This document shows, piece after piece, positions 6,158-15,334 of a stretch of 24,562 nt of DNA (its first letter is position 1; each line of letters starts with the position of its first letter). Both the position numbers and the translations under genes were made by a program. This stretch comes from Candidatus Krumholzibacteriia bacterium. GTDB taxonomy: Bacteria > Krumholzibacteriota > Krumholzibacteriia > WVZY01. The notes under the pieces are model-generated. The model worked only from the letters and a program-made list of their open reading frames with translations. It did not search any database and was not told the DNA's origin. Location: positions 1 to 24,562 of the forward strand of contig JAZGDW010000277.1 of the NCBI GenBank assembly GCA_036478295.1. The letters are read 5' to 3'.

Positions 6158-6936
6158 TCCGTGACCACGCCGTCCAGGTGGTCGAGCCCCATGGCGTCAG
6201 CAAAATTCCGGGTCGTGATTTCTGCAATGGAATCCACTGACCGGCCCGTCGTCTCGGCGATTTTCTCGACAACATAGGTCAGGTAGCTTGGTTCGTTGCG
6301 CTTGCCCCGAAACGGCGCCGGCGTCAAATAGGGGCAGTCCGTCTCGAGAACAATGGACTCAGCCGGCAGTCCGGCCACCACCTGCCCAAGGGTTGACTTG
6401 CGAAACGTTACCACACCGCCGATCCCAATGTGAAATCCAAGATCGAGAACGGTTCCGGCCATTTCCGCATCACCCGTGAACGCATGAAAAATTCCCTGCC
6501 ACGGGGGGCCTTCCGCCCTCAATATCGAGATGACATCGTCGAACGCGTCCCGGCAGTGAATGATAATCGGTTTGCTCGCCCGCCTGGCCAGACCAAGCTG
6601 TCGTCGGAACACGTCCCGCTGCAGGTCCCTCGGCGAGAGGTCGCGATAGTAGTCGAGACCGATTTCTCCCACGGCGAGCACCCCCGGGCTGGCAAGCAGC
6701 TCGGAGAGCTCATCCTCCACCTCGTCATCGTACGTCCGGGCGTCGTGGGGATGAACCCCAACCGCCCCGTCCATGAACGCGTATTTCTTCACCAGAGCCA
6801 CCGTCTCCCGGGATGAGCCGAGGTCGAAGCCGATGTTGACCATGCGCGTAATCCCCGCGTCGAGTGCGCGCTGGATGATCGAGTCAAAATCCTGCTCGAA
6901 ATCGGAATGATTCAAATGAGTGTGAGAATCGATCAT
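6154..6936 (-). CDS. tatD: TatD family metal-dependent hydrolase/DNase
   Basis: MIDSHTHL, GVHPH, GEIGLDY, IIHCRDA, FHAF, LETDCPYL and RGKRNEP motifs; metal ligands appear intact. Confidence 0.95.
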   Translation of the reverse strand: MIDSHTHLNHSDFEQDFDSIIQRALDAGITRMVNIGFDLGSSRETVALVKKYAFMDGAVGVHPHDARTYDDEVEDELSELLASPGVLAVGEIGLDYYRDLSPRDLQRDVFRRQLGLARRASKPIIIHCRDAFDDVISILRAEGPPWQGIFHAFTGDAEMAGTVLDLGFHIGIGGVVTFRKSTLGQVVAGLPAESIVLETDCPYLTPAPFRGKRNEPSYLTYVVEKIAETTGRSVDSIAEITTRNFADAMGLDHLDGVVTE

Positions 6937-6981
6937 GGAACGCTCACGTACGACCGTCGCCGCGCATCCGCCGCCGTGGCT

Positions 6982-8520
6982 TCAGTCCGCCGCTGTGGGT
7001 GGCTCGATCTTCGGAAAGAGCACCGACGGTTCGTTTACCTTCTTCCAGCTCTTGTCGCCTGGGCGCTCGGCTTCCTCGAGCGACAGCGCCGTGACATCGG
7101 ATTGCAATCCCAGCTGGTCGCGCATTTGCGCGGATTTCTCCGGCATAAACGGTATACAGAGAATCGAGCTCAGGCGCAACACCTCCAGCAGGACGCGCAG
7201 GACCTCGTCCAGCGCCGCCTGCTCGCCGCCGCGGGCCAGCTCCCATGGTTTCTTTTGCTCTATATAACGGTTGGCCGCCTGGATCGCCCGCCAAAGTGCC
7301 GCCAGACCCTTGTCGAATGCCAGCTCATCCATGCCCGCCCGGTAGCCCTCGACCACCCCATCGGTGAGCCGCGCGTAGTCCTCGCCGGCGCACTTGTTCC
7401 ATCCGGGAACGGATCCCCCGCAGTAACGCTGGACCATGGTGAGGGTGCGCGAGAATAAGTTGCCCAGCTCGTTGGCCAGCTCCGCGTTGTAGCGTGCAAT
7501 CGATTGCTCGATCGTGAAGTCACCATCGCGGTCAAACGCGATTTCCCGCAGCAAGAGATAGCGCAGTTCGTCCGCTCCCCCGAAGTATTCCGCCATCTCC
7601 AGCGGGTCGAGTATGTTTCCCAGCGTCTTGCTCATTTTGGTGCCGCGCGAATACACGAACCCGTGAGCGAAGACGCTTTTCGGCACCGGGACGCCGGCGG
7701 CCATCAGCATTGCGGGCCAGATGAGACAGTGGAAACGCGTGATGTCCTTGCCGATGACGTGGCAGTCCGCCGGCCAGTATTTCCGGAACAAGCTGTCGTC
7801 TTCGCCACCGTAACCCAGCGCGGATATGTAATTGATCAGGGCGTCGAACCACACGTAGACGACCTGCCCGTCGGCGATGGGGAGCGGCACCCCCCATTCC
7901 TTGCCCGAACGCGATATGCTGACGTCCTCGAGGCCGCCCTCGATTACGTTCAACAGTTCGTTGCGCCGCTTGTCGGGCCGCGCGAACCCGGGACCATCGG
8001 TCATCAATTGCTTGAGGCGGTCGCCGAACCTGGACAGGGCAAAAAAGTAGTTTTCCTCCTGCAGCCAGGCGGGTTTTTCCTTGTGGCGCGGGCACAGGCC
8101 GTCCTCCAGGTCCTTCTCGAGCTTGAACTCCTCGCAAGACACACAATAGTAACCCTCGTAGGCTCCCTTGTAGATGTAACCGTTGTCGTAGATCGTCTGA
8201 AACAGTTGCTGGACCGCTGCGGTGTGTTTGGGATCCTCGGTGCGGATGAACTGATCGTATGAAATGTTGAGTCGCGCCCAGACTTTCTCGAACTCCGCCG
8301 CCATTTCGCGACAGTAATCCTGGGGAGATTTGCCGAGGCGCTGGGCTTCCTTTTCGACATTGGTGCTGTGTTCGTCGGTCCCCATGAGAAAATAGGTGTC
8401 GAAACCGGCCAGCCGTTTGTAACGGGTGAGGCAGTCGGCGCCGATTTTTTCGTAGGCGGTACCCAGGTGCGGCCGGGCGTTGACGTAGTCGATGGCCGTG
8501 GTCACGTAATACGTTTTCAA
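6982..8520 (-). CDS. metG: Methionine--tRNA ligase, short single-knuckle form (512 aa)
   Basis: Start revised to TTG at 8520, with GAGGAG 9 nt upstream, giving MKTYYVTTAIDYVNARPHLGT. Other motifs: GTDEH, YVWFDAL, GKDITRFH, KMSKT, ANELGNL, LFPKIE. Confidence 0.97.
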   Translation of the reverse strand: MKTYYVTTAIDYVNARPHLGTAYEKIGADCLTRYKRLAGFDTYFLMGTDEHSTNVEKEAQRLGKSPQDYCREMAAEFEKVWARLNISYDQFIRTEDPKHTAAVQQLFQTIYDNGYIYKGAYEGYYCVSCEEFKLEKDLEDGLCPRHKEKPAWLQEENYFFALSRFGDRLKQLMTDGPGFARPDKRRNELLNVIEGGLEDVSISRSGKEWGVPLPIADGQVVYVWFDALINYISALGYGGEDDSLFRKYWPADCHVIGKDITRFHCLIWPAMLMAAGVPVPKSVFAHGFVYSRGTKMSKTLGNILDPLEMAEYFGGADELRYLLLREIAFDRDGDFTIEQSIARYNAELANELGNLFSRTLTMVQRYCGGSVPGWNKCAGEDYARLTDGVVEGYRAGMDELAFDKGLAALWRAIQAANRYIEQKKPWELARGGEQAALDEVLRVLLEVLRLSSILCIPFMPEKSAQMRDQLGLQSDVTALSLEEAERPGDKSWKKVNEPSVLFPKIEPPTAAD

Positions 8521-8570
8521 GTCTGATGGCTCCTCAAGCGTGCCGGGGTGGGGGCTAAAGCCCGAGAATT

Positions 8571-9686
8571 CTAGCACCCCAAATGCTTGATATCAAGAAA
8601 GAGCTGGGCCAGGGCCGCGTCCGTGTTCAGGTTGCGGCGGAGGATTTCATCGCGGGCCTGGTTGATGCGATCGACAATGGTGGGTAGGCAACTCGGATTC
8701 CAGTGCTCGCTTTGGGCATCGAGCACGTCCGCCTTGTCCTGGTTGACGTACAACGATCTGCTGCCGGTCATCATGTCGCGGTAGGCCAGCGCGAATTCGT
8801 GGAGAAACCGGGCCACGCGGTCACGCGAAGCGCCGCGCGAGAGCGACATGGCGCTCCCGATCAGCCATGATTCGGGCGCCTCCTGAATCTTCTCAAGAAT
8901 CGCATACGCGCTAGCGCGTTCTTCATCGCTGTCCTCGGCGGTGACGCGGCGCGCCCGTGTGATACTTCCCTGCGCCAGCCCCGCCGCCTTCTTCGCCGTC
9001 CGCGCCGGCACGCCGTCGTGTGACACGAGAAACGACTCGATCACCTCGGACCGGAGCGGCCCGAAACGAACGCGCTGGCAGCGCGAGCGGAGAGTGTAGA
9101 GGATGGCGTCCGGCGAGTGTGTGACCAGGATGAGCGCACTGTGCTCGGGCGGCTCCTCGACGAGTTTCAACAGGGCGTTCTGCGCTTGCTCACGCATGAG
9201 ATGTGCGTCTACTATAATGAAGACGTTGTAGCGGCTGTTGAACGGCTTGGAGTGTGCCCGCTGGATGATGGCGCGCGAGCGTGCGATGCGGAGTGACGCT
9301 TTTTTCTTGAACGTATAGGTGGCGAATATGTCACGCCGTTTTTCTTCAAGAACCTTGCCGATGTCCGGCTCGTCGTCACCCTCTTTCTCACCACTCCCCT
9401 GAGTGGGCGTGGGATAAATCAGGTGAATGCCCGGGTGCTCGAGCGCGAGCACCCGTTGGCAACTGTCACACGGTGTCCCTTCCCGCCCGCATGCCGGACT
9501 CCGGGTGCAGCAGAGCCTCCTGGCGAAATCGATGGCGACGTACTCCTTGCCGACACCCTCGGGTCCAGTAAAGAGCAGCGCCGGCAGCTTGCCGTCGAGA
9601 CACGCCGCGAGGAATGACTGCGCGCGTTCCTGCTGCAGGTCGACGGCACGGAACCCCCCGTGCCGCGCGCCGGTATCCGCGATCAT
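8571..9686 (-). CDS. holB: DNA polymerase III subunit delta' (clamp loader)
   Basis: LLFTGPEGVGK, Cys zinc cluster, DAHLM..QAQNALLKLVEEPP, LRSRCQ. GGAG SD upstream. Position next to metG-tatD fits holB. Confidence 0.9.
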   Translation of the reverse strand: MIADTGARHGGFRAVDLQQERAQSFLAACLDGKLPALLFTGPEGVGKEYVAIDFARRLCCTRSPACGREGTPCDSCQRVLALEHPGIHLIYPTPTQGSGEKEGDDEPDIGKVLEEKRRDIFATYTFKKKASLRIARSRAIIQRAHSKPFNSRYNVFIIVDAHLMREQAQNALLKLVEEPPEHSALILVTHSPDAILYTLRSRCQRVRFGPLRSEVIESFLVSHDGVPARTAKKAAGLAQGSITRARRVTAEDSDEERASAYAILEKIQEAPESWLIGSAMSLSRGASRDRVARFLHEFALAYRDMMTGSRSLYVNQDKADVLDAQSEHWNPSCLPTIVDRINQARDEILRRNLNTDAALAQLFLDIKHLGC

Positions 9687-9699
9687 ACGTTTTTCTCCG

Positions 9700-10995
9700 T
9701 TATTTTCGGAACCAGTCCATGGGGTTCAGCGCCTCTTTGGACTTGCGGATTTCGAAGTGACATTCGTAGCCGTTCAAAGAACCGCTGTCACCGACCTCCG
9801 CAATTACCTGGCCGCTCGCGACCGACTGACCGGGCTGGACCAGTATGGTCGCTGCGTGCGCGTAGAGAGTATAGTACCCTCCCCCGTGGTTTAGGATAAT
9901 ACAGTTTCCGTAGCCGGTTATCCAGTCCACGAATTCGACTTTCGCGGCCGCGACCGCGCGGATGGGCGATCCCGGCGCGGCTGTTATATTGATGCCGTTG
10001 TTAAAGGTAACCGTTCCGAACTTGGGATGCCGGTCCTGGCCGAACTTCTTCGTCACCTTGCCTTTGACCGGCCTGGTCAGCTTGCCCTTCAATTCCGCAA
10101 ATTCGCCGGCCGGCGGCACACCGGTGTCACCGCTGAGTCGCCGGCGCTCAAGATCGCCAATCAGGTCTCGTAGTTGTTCTTCGGATTTCTTGAGCTCGTC
10201 GATTGCCTGTGCGTGATTGGTTTTCTCGCTGCGAATGCGTCTCAACATGGTCACTCGTATCTTCTTGTTACTCTTTATTTTGCTGCTTTCCTCCACGCGC
10301 TGCATCTTGAGCACCACCACGTCCGCCATTGCTTCGGTCAACGAGACTTGCTCTTGTTCCAGGCCCGACTTACGGGCGCGGACCTCTGCAACCAGGTTCG
10401 CGTCACGCCCGGCGACAAGCCCGAGAAACTTGTACTTCCGAAATGCATCCTGGATGTTCGCGCTTCCCAGGATGACCCGCCACCGGTAGTCGGGTCCGCG
10501 CTTGTACATCTGCCGCAGGCGCGCGGCCAGACGACGCCGTCGCATCTCCAGGACGCTTTCCTCGTAAACGATGCTGACGCGAAGGCTGTCGATTTGCTCT
10601 TCGAGGAGCTCCTCCCGCTCTTCGAGACCGGCGACGAGTTTGCCGGAGAGCGAGAGCTCCCGGTCGAGACTCGACAACTGCTGCATCATGCTCTGTTCTT
10701 CCCGCCTGAGCTCGCTCGATTTGCGGCGGTGACGCTCGATGTCGCCCTGTATTTTCTCCAGCTGCGCTTGCTGATTTTGAATCTTGCGCGCCAGCGACCT
10801 GCGCGGAGCCTGGGCACCGGTGGCAACCGGCTGCGCCAGGCACGTAACCAGCACGGCAAGCAGCACACACGTCCACGATGCCCGTGCCGGTGGCGTACTT
10901 CGCGGCGCCGGCCGGCGGGCCGGTTCCGTGAAGCAGCGGACCGGTCGCCCGAGTCGTGCCTTGTCCAGGTTGAGTTTGAGAGAAGCCCTGATCAC
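9700..10995 (-). CDS. envC: Murein hydrolase activator EnvC-like (coiled coil + degenerate M23/LytM domain)
   Basis: Hydrophobic signal segment, long coiled coil, and a C-terminal M23 fold (NNGINI, GYGNCIILNHGGGYYTLYAH, GDSG, CHFEIR). Directly follows ftsEX. The GTG start is uncertain. Confidence 0.85.
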   Translation of the reverse strand: MIRASLKLNLDKARLGRPVRCFTEPARRPAPRSTPPARASWTCVLLAVLVTCLAQPVATGAQAPRRSLARKIQNQQAQLEKIQGDIERHRRKSSELRREEQSMMQQLSSLDRELSLSGKLVAGLEEREELLEEQIDSLRVSIVYEESVLEMRRRRLAARLRQMYKRGPDYRWRVILGSANIQDAFRKYKFLGLVAGRDANLVAEVRARKSGLEQEQVSLTEAMADVVVLKMQRVEESSKIKSNKKIRVTMLRRIRSEKTNHAQAIDELKKSEEQLRDLIGDLERRRLSGDTGVPPAGEFAELKGKLTRPVKGKVTKKFGQDRHPKFGTVTFNNGINITAAPGSPIRAVAAAKVEFVDWITGYGNCIILNHGGGYYTLYAHAATILVQPGQSVASGQVIAEVGDSGSLNGYECHFEIRKSKEALNPMDWFRK

Positions 10996-11011
10996 GGCGG
11001 CCTTCGAATCG

Positions 11012-11881
11012 TCAGAGTTTCAGAAAACGCCTCAGCGCCGCGTAACTGCCGACCGCGCCGAGGCCGACACAGGTCGCCATGTACAAGAGGATCCGGTCCG
11101 TACCCAGGAACTGCACGTCAGGCAGGATGTTCCGGCACGCCACGTAGATCCCGGCGAGCAGGCCCAGCGAAAGCACCGACGCCAGACCTCCCTGAAACGC
11201 GCCCTCCATTATAAAAGGCGTGGTAATAAAGAAATTGGTCGCGCCGACGAGCTTGAGAATCTCGATGCTCCTGCGGCGGCTGAGAATCGTGAGCCGTACG
11301 GTGTTGGCGATGATGAATACCGAGGAGAGAATGACGATGCCCCCGAGTACCGCGTCCACATAGAGAAAGATCCGCGCTAGAAACGAAAACCTCTCTATAA
11401 AATCTTTGCCGTAGTTCACCTCTTCCACGGCGCTCATCCGGGCCACCCGGGCCGCAAACGTCTCGATGCGGTCCCTGTCGCTGAAACCGCTCTTGAGCGT
11501 AACGCGAAACGATGCCGGCAGCGGATTCGCTTCCAGGGTTTCGAGGATGTTTTGTTCCTCGCCCAGCTCTTTCCGGAACTCGTGCAGCGCCTCCGCCTTT
11601 GAGACAAACTCGATCGCCTCGACCTCGTTCATGGCGAAAAGGGTCTGATGGTACTCCTCGATGGTCGCTGGCGACACGCCTTCCTCGAGATAGACGTAGA
11701 CCCGGAAATCCTTGATCGTCTTGTCGAGCAGCGCGGTCACGTTATCGGTGGCCATAAGAAATACCGCCAGCACGAGCAAGGACAAGCTCATGATGACTAT
11801 GGACAGCGACATGACACCCTTGTGCCGTCCCAGGGTGTGTACCGACTCTCTGGCCAGGTAGGTCAGCTGATGGAATCTCAC
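11012..11881 (-). CDS. ftsX: Cell division permease FtsX (289 aa)
   Basis: Start revised to GTG at 11881, overlapping the ftsE stop (GTGA). One N-terminal and three C-terminal TM segments. Motifs FVSKAEAL, NPLPAS, IANTVRL, LKLVGAT..FI..PFIMEG. Confidence 0.93.
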   Translation of the reverse strand: MRFHQLTYLARESVHTLGRHKGVMSLSIVIMSLSLLVLAVFLMATDNVTALLDKTIKDFRVYVYLEEGVSPATIEEYHQTLFAMNEVEAIEFVSKAEALHEFRKELGEEQNILETLEANPLPASFRVTLKSGFSDRDRIETFAARVARMSAVEEVNYGKDFIERFSFLARIFLYVDAVLGGIVILSSVFIIANTVRLTILSRRRSIEILKLVGATNFFITTPFIMEGAFQGGLASVLSLGLLAGIYVACRNILPDVQFLGTDRILLYMATCVGLGAVGSYAALRRFLKL

Positions 11882-12645
11882 GGGTTGCCCCCGGGCCGTT
11901 TGTCCCACACCGCCGACTCGGTACCCATGCGTATAGCGTCCAGCCGCTCCTTCGAAAAGCCGTGCACCGAAAGTCGGCGGTCTTCCTCGATGGTGCCGTC
12001 GCGCAGAAAGAGGATGCGCTGTCCGTAGTTCTTCACCAGCGCGTGATCGTGTGTCGCCATGAGAACCGCGGTGCCCGCACTGTTTATGCGCAGGAGCAGT
12101 TGCAGGATTTCATTGGTGACATCGGGATCGAGATTGCCGGTCGGCTCGTCGGCAAGCAGTATTTCGGGACTGTTTGCCACCGCCCTGGCAATGGCCACGC
12201 GCTGCTGCTCCCCGCCGGAGAGCTTGATCGGGAGGTCGTTGCGTTTGTGGTAAAGCCCCACCTCGGTGAGTACCTTCATGACGCGCTTCTTGATCGCGTA
12301 GTTGTTTGCCCCCGTCACCCGCATCGCAATGGCGATGTTCTCGAAAACATTGCGGTCTTCGAGCAGCTTGAAGTCCTGGAACACCACGCCGATCTTGCGG
12401 CGCAGGTATGGAATCTGCCGCCTGCTTATGGAGGAGGAAACCCACCGTCCCACGACGACCTGTCCCTCGGTCGGGGCCTCGGCCATGTAGATCATGCGCA
12501 GCAGCGTGCTCTTGCCAGCCCCGCTGGGCCCCACCAGAAAGAGGAATTCGCCGTTGGCCACCTGACAATTGACGTCGCGCAGTATCACGCGGTCGTCGTA
12601 GCGCTTGGACAGGTGGTATATGCCGATAACGTTTCGATGTTCCAT
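11878..12645 (-). CDS. ftsE: Cell division ATP-binding protein FtsE
   Basis: Walker [54 protein letters not shown]; followed by ftsX. Confidence 0.95.
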   Translation of the reverse strand: MEHRNVIGIYHLSKRYDDRVILRDVNCQVANGEFLFLVGPSGAGKSTLLRMIYMAEAPTEGQVVVGRWVSSSISRRQIPYLRRKIGVVFQDFKLLEDRNVFENIAIAMRVTGANNYAIKKRVMKVLTEVGLYHKRNDLPIKLSGGEQQRVAIARAVANSPEILLADEPTGNLDPDVTNEILQLLLRINSAGTAVLMATHDHALVKNYGQRILFLRDGTIEEDRRLSVHGFSKERLDAIRMGTESAVWDKRPGGNP

Positions 12646-12655
12646 GATTGCGGGG

Positions 12656-13681
12656 CTAGACCCCCATTATACGCCGCTGCGCCAGCTGCTCGGCAAGGCG
12701 ATAAGCCTGCCGGAGGCTGGTTATGCTCGCAACTCCCTTGCCTGCAATATCATACGCTACCCCGTGGTCTACGGATGTCCGAACCACCGGTAGGCCCACT
12801 GTGACGTTGACCCCTCGCCTCCGAGCCACCATTTTGAATGGAATCAAGCCTTGATCGTGATACATGGAGACAAAGGCATCAAACGTGCCATTTCCCGCGT
12901 GTTGAAACAAGGAATCTCCCGCTACCGGGCCCGTGACCCGGATGCCCATTTGACGGGCCCGCCTCAGGGCCGGCTGGATGATCTCGATCTCCTCGCGGCC
13001 GACCACGCCCCCTTCGCCGGCGTGCGGGTTCAGCGCCGCAACGGCGATGTGGGGATTGGGAATGGCAAATTCCTCCCGGAGTGCGCGCCGCACCACGGCC
13101 AGCGCCTTGACAATCCCTTCCGCGGTCAGGGCCGAGCTGATCTCACCGACCGGAATGTGCCGCGTGAGCGGAACGACCCGGAACTTGCGGTAAACCATGA
13201 CCATCTGGCAGTCGGGGGCATCGAAATAGCGGGCAAACATTTCCGTGTGACCCGTGAACGGGTACCCCGCCAGGGTGAGCGACCGCTTGGAAATGGGAGC
13301 GGTCACCAGGGCATCCACCAGTCCGTCTCGGGCGAGCCCACAGGCAATGTCCAGCGCCCGCCCGGCATGCCGGCCGCCGCCGACGCTGTCCCGGCCCACC
13401 GCGTAGCGGGCCCGGCAACCCGTGTCGAGCACGAAGACACTGGCAGACCCCAGCGCCTGCTGTACGGACCCCATGTCCTTGCCGTCGAGTACGTGGATGT
13501 GGCCTGACCTGCCGCCGCACAGCGGATCCAGGACCTTGCGGGCGCCGATGAGCAAAGCAATCGACCGCCCCGGACGGTGGCGCGCAAACATTCTTACCAC
13601 TATTTCCGGTCCCACTCCACCGGGATCGCCGGAAGTGACTGCGATTACGGGTGTTCGTCGCTTCGTTGCTTTTGGGGGCAT
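12656..13681 (-). CDS. pdxA: 4-hydroxythreonine-4-phosphate dehydrogenase PdxA family
   Basis: GDPGGVGPE, TAPISK, GHTE, LNPHAGE, MYHDQGLIP, RTSVDHG.AYDIAG motifs. TGATG overlap with the upstream S4 gene. Confidence 0.93.
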   Translation of the reverse strand: MPPKATKRRTPVIAVTSGDPGGVGPEIVVRMFARHRPGRSIALLIGARKVLDPLCGGRSGHIHVLDGKDMGSVQQALGSASVFVLDTGCRARYAVGRDSVGGGRHAGRALDIACGLARDGLVDALVTAPISKRSLTLAGYPFTGHTEMFARYFDAPDCQMVMVYRKFRVVPLTRHIPVGEISSALTAEGIVKALAVVRRALREEFAIPNPHIAVAALNPHAGEGGVVGREEIEIIQPALRRARQMGIRVTGPVAGDSLFQHAGNGTFDAFVSMYHDQGLIPFKMVARRRGVNVTVGLPVVRTSVDHGVAYDIAGKGVASITSLRQAYRLAEQLAQRRIMGV

Positions 13682-13965
13682 CAGTCTAATGGGCGGTGCT
13701 CGGCGGATGGCGGCGAATAGTCCTCGATGACTTCATAATACGAGGGCGCGAGTGTTTTGCTCAACTGTTTCCGGGGTACGTCGAGCAGCTGGATGGTCAG
13801 TGTGCCGGAAGGGCTCCCGATTGAAATGCGGTCCCCGACATGGATGGTGGAGGAGGCTTTGGCCGGCCTCGTGTTCACCGTGATCGCGCTGCGTTCACAG
13901 AGGGTCTTCACACCCGAGCGGCTCTTCGCAAGGCACAGGTACTTCAGTGCCAGGTCGATCCGCAT
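13681..13965 (-). CDS. Stand-alone S4 RNA-binding protein, RqcP/YabO-like (Hsp15 superfamily), 94 aa
   Basis: MRID..LK...L.KSR...K, then VN....KASSTIHVGD and a late Y..I, matching the S4/YabO pattern. Lacks the long C-terminal extension of E. coli Hsp15. Confidence 0.85.
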   Translation of the reverse strand: MRIDLALKYLCLAKSRSGVKTLCERSAITVNTRPAKASSTIHVGDRISIGSPSGTLTIQLLDVPRKQLSKTLAPSYYEVIEDYSPPSAEHRPLD

Positions 13966-13968
13966 GAG

Positions 13969-15285
13969 CTAGTTACTGAGGGTTTCCACGTAAAATTCGC
14001 TGCGCAAACCGGCGAGATAGGTGTCATACGCGGTCGCCATCTTCTCTTTCTCAACCATATTTCGCATCTCATCTTTGACTTCCGCGAACTCAAACGGCCG
14101 CTCGCCCTCTCGCTCGACCAGCTTGACAATGCGGAAACCCACGGGTTCCCTCAAGACCTGGCTGATATCGCCGGGGTTCATGGTCTCGAGAACATCCCGA
14201 AAAAACTCGGGCAGATCGTCGATACGCAGCCACCCCAGGTCACCACCCTTGGACGCGGTCGCCTCATCGTCGCTGTAGAGCATGGCGGTGGAGTCGAACG
14301 GGGCGCCTTCGGCCAGCTTCTCACGCAGGTCGTTTGCTTTCGCGAATACCACCTGGATATCTTCGTCGCCCGGCTTGATTCGCACCAGTATGTGGCGCAG
14401 CGCCACCTCACCCGTCGTGCTGTCCGCTGCCGTTACCTGAATCACGTGAAAACCGTGCGAAGTCAACACCGGCGGGCTGATCTCTCCGATGGAAAGGCCT
14501 GCCGCAGCGTCAGCAAATGTCCGGTCGTTCAGGTCGGCCAGCTTCAGCATGCCCAGGCTGCCGCCGTTCTTCGCGCTCGGGTCTTCAGAGTTTTCCTTGG
14601 CAATCCCGGCGAAATCTTCACCTGCGACGACTCGCCGGTGTAGTTCTTCTATCCTGACCCTCGCCTCGGTTTTCGCATTCTCGGATGATTCGAGCGCCAC
14701 GTAGATGGTTCGCAGGTGTACGACCGCGGGGCGGGGAGGCAACCCGGCCTTTTTCTTCTCGTAGGCATCCAGCACGTCCTGATCGGTTACCCGAAGCGAT
14801 CCACGGCTGATCTCACTGGCGAGGACGCGATCGACGAGCATGCGGTTGCGGAGTTGTTCGCGGTACAGCCGCCTTAGCTCATCCATGCTCAGGCCTTCCG
14901 CTGCGAGCTGCCGCTGGAACGCCGCCTCGCCGCCGAGAGTCTGTTCGTTTTCCTCGATTGCCCTATCCACCGCCTTTTCCACCTCGTCGAACAACACCTC
15001 GATGTTCAGGCGTCTGGCTTTGGCCAGCACCAGCTTGGCATTGATGAGTTCCTCCAGTGCCTGTTGCTCGAGCGTCCCGCGTTCACTTGGCGGCAGGTTC
15101 GTCAGGCCCCGCTGGACGAGAAACTGTTTGAGTGTTTGTTCGATGTCACTTTGAAAAATCGCGTCGTCCTCCACCACCGCCACCACCTTGTCCACCAATT
15201 CCCTCTTGGCACCGGCGGGTGAGAGCCAAACCGCCGCCACGAGGATCGAACTCAATACCGCCAACTTGCGTGTCCTGCCTGTCAT
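13969..15285 (-). CDS. surA: SurA-like periplasmic chaperone/PPIase with two parvulin domains (438 aa)
   Basis: Signal peptide, VDKVVAVV....I..SD SurA N-domain, two parvulin domains (F..IAKENSED..AKNGGSLG; YSDD....KGGDLGW), C-terminal helix L..LRSEFYVE. Lies upstream of pdxA. Confidence 0.85.
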   Translation of the reverse strand: MTGRTRKLAVLSSILVAAVWLSPAGAKRELVDKVVAVVEDDAIFQSDIEQTLKQFLVQRGLTNLPPSERGTLEQQALEELINAKLVLAKARRLNIEVLFDEVEKAVDRAIEENEQTLGGEAAFQRQLAAEGLSMDELRRLYREQLRNRMLVDRVLASEISRGSLRVTDQDVLDAYEKKKAGLPPRPAVVHLRTIYVALESSENAKTEARVRIEELHRRVVAGEDFAGIAKENSEDPSAKNGGSLGMLKLADLNDRTFADAAAGLSIGEISPPVLTSHGFHVIQVTAADSTTGEVALRHILVRIKPGDEDIQVVFAKANDLREKLAEGAPFDSTAMLYSDDEATASKGGDLGWLRIDDLPEFFRDVLETMNPGDISQVLREPVGFRIVKLVEREGERPFEFAEVKDEMRNMVEKEKMATAYDTYLAGLRSEFYVETLSN

Positions 15286-15334
15286 GCTTCTTTATCCTTT
15301 CACGCGAGCCGTTGCTCACCGCGCGGGGCGTGCC

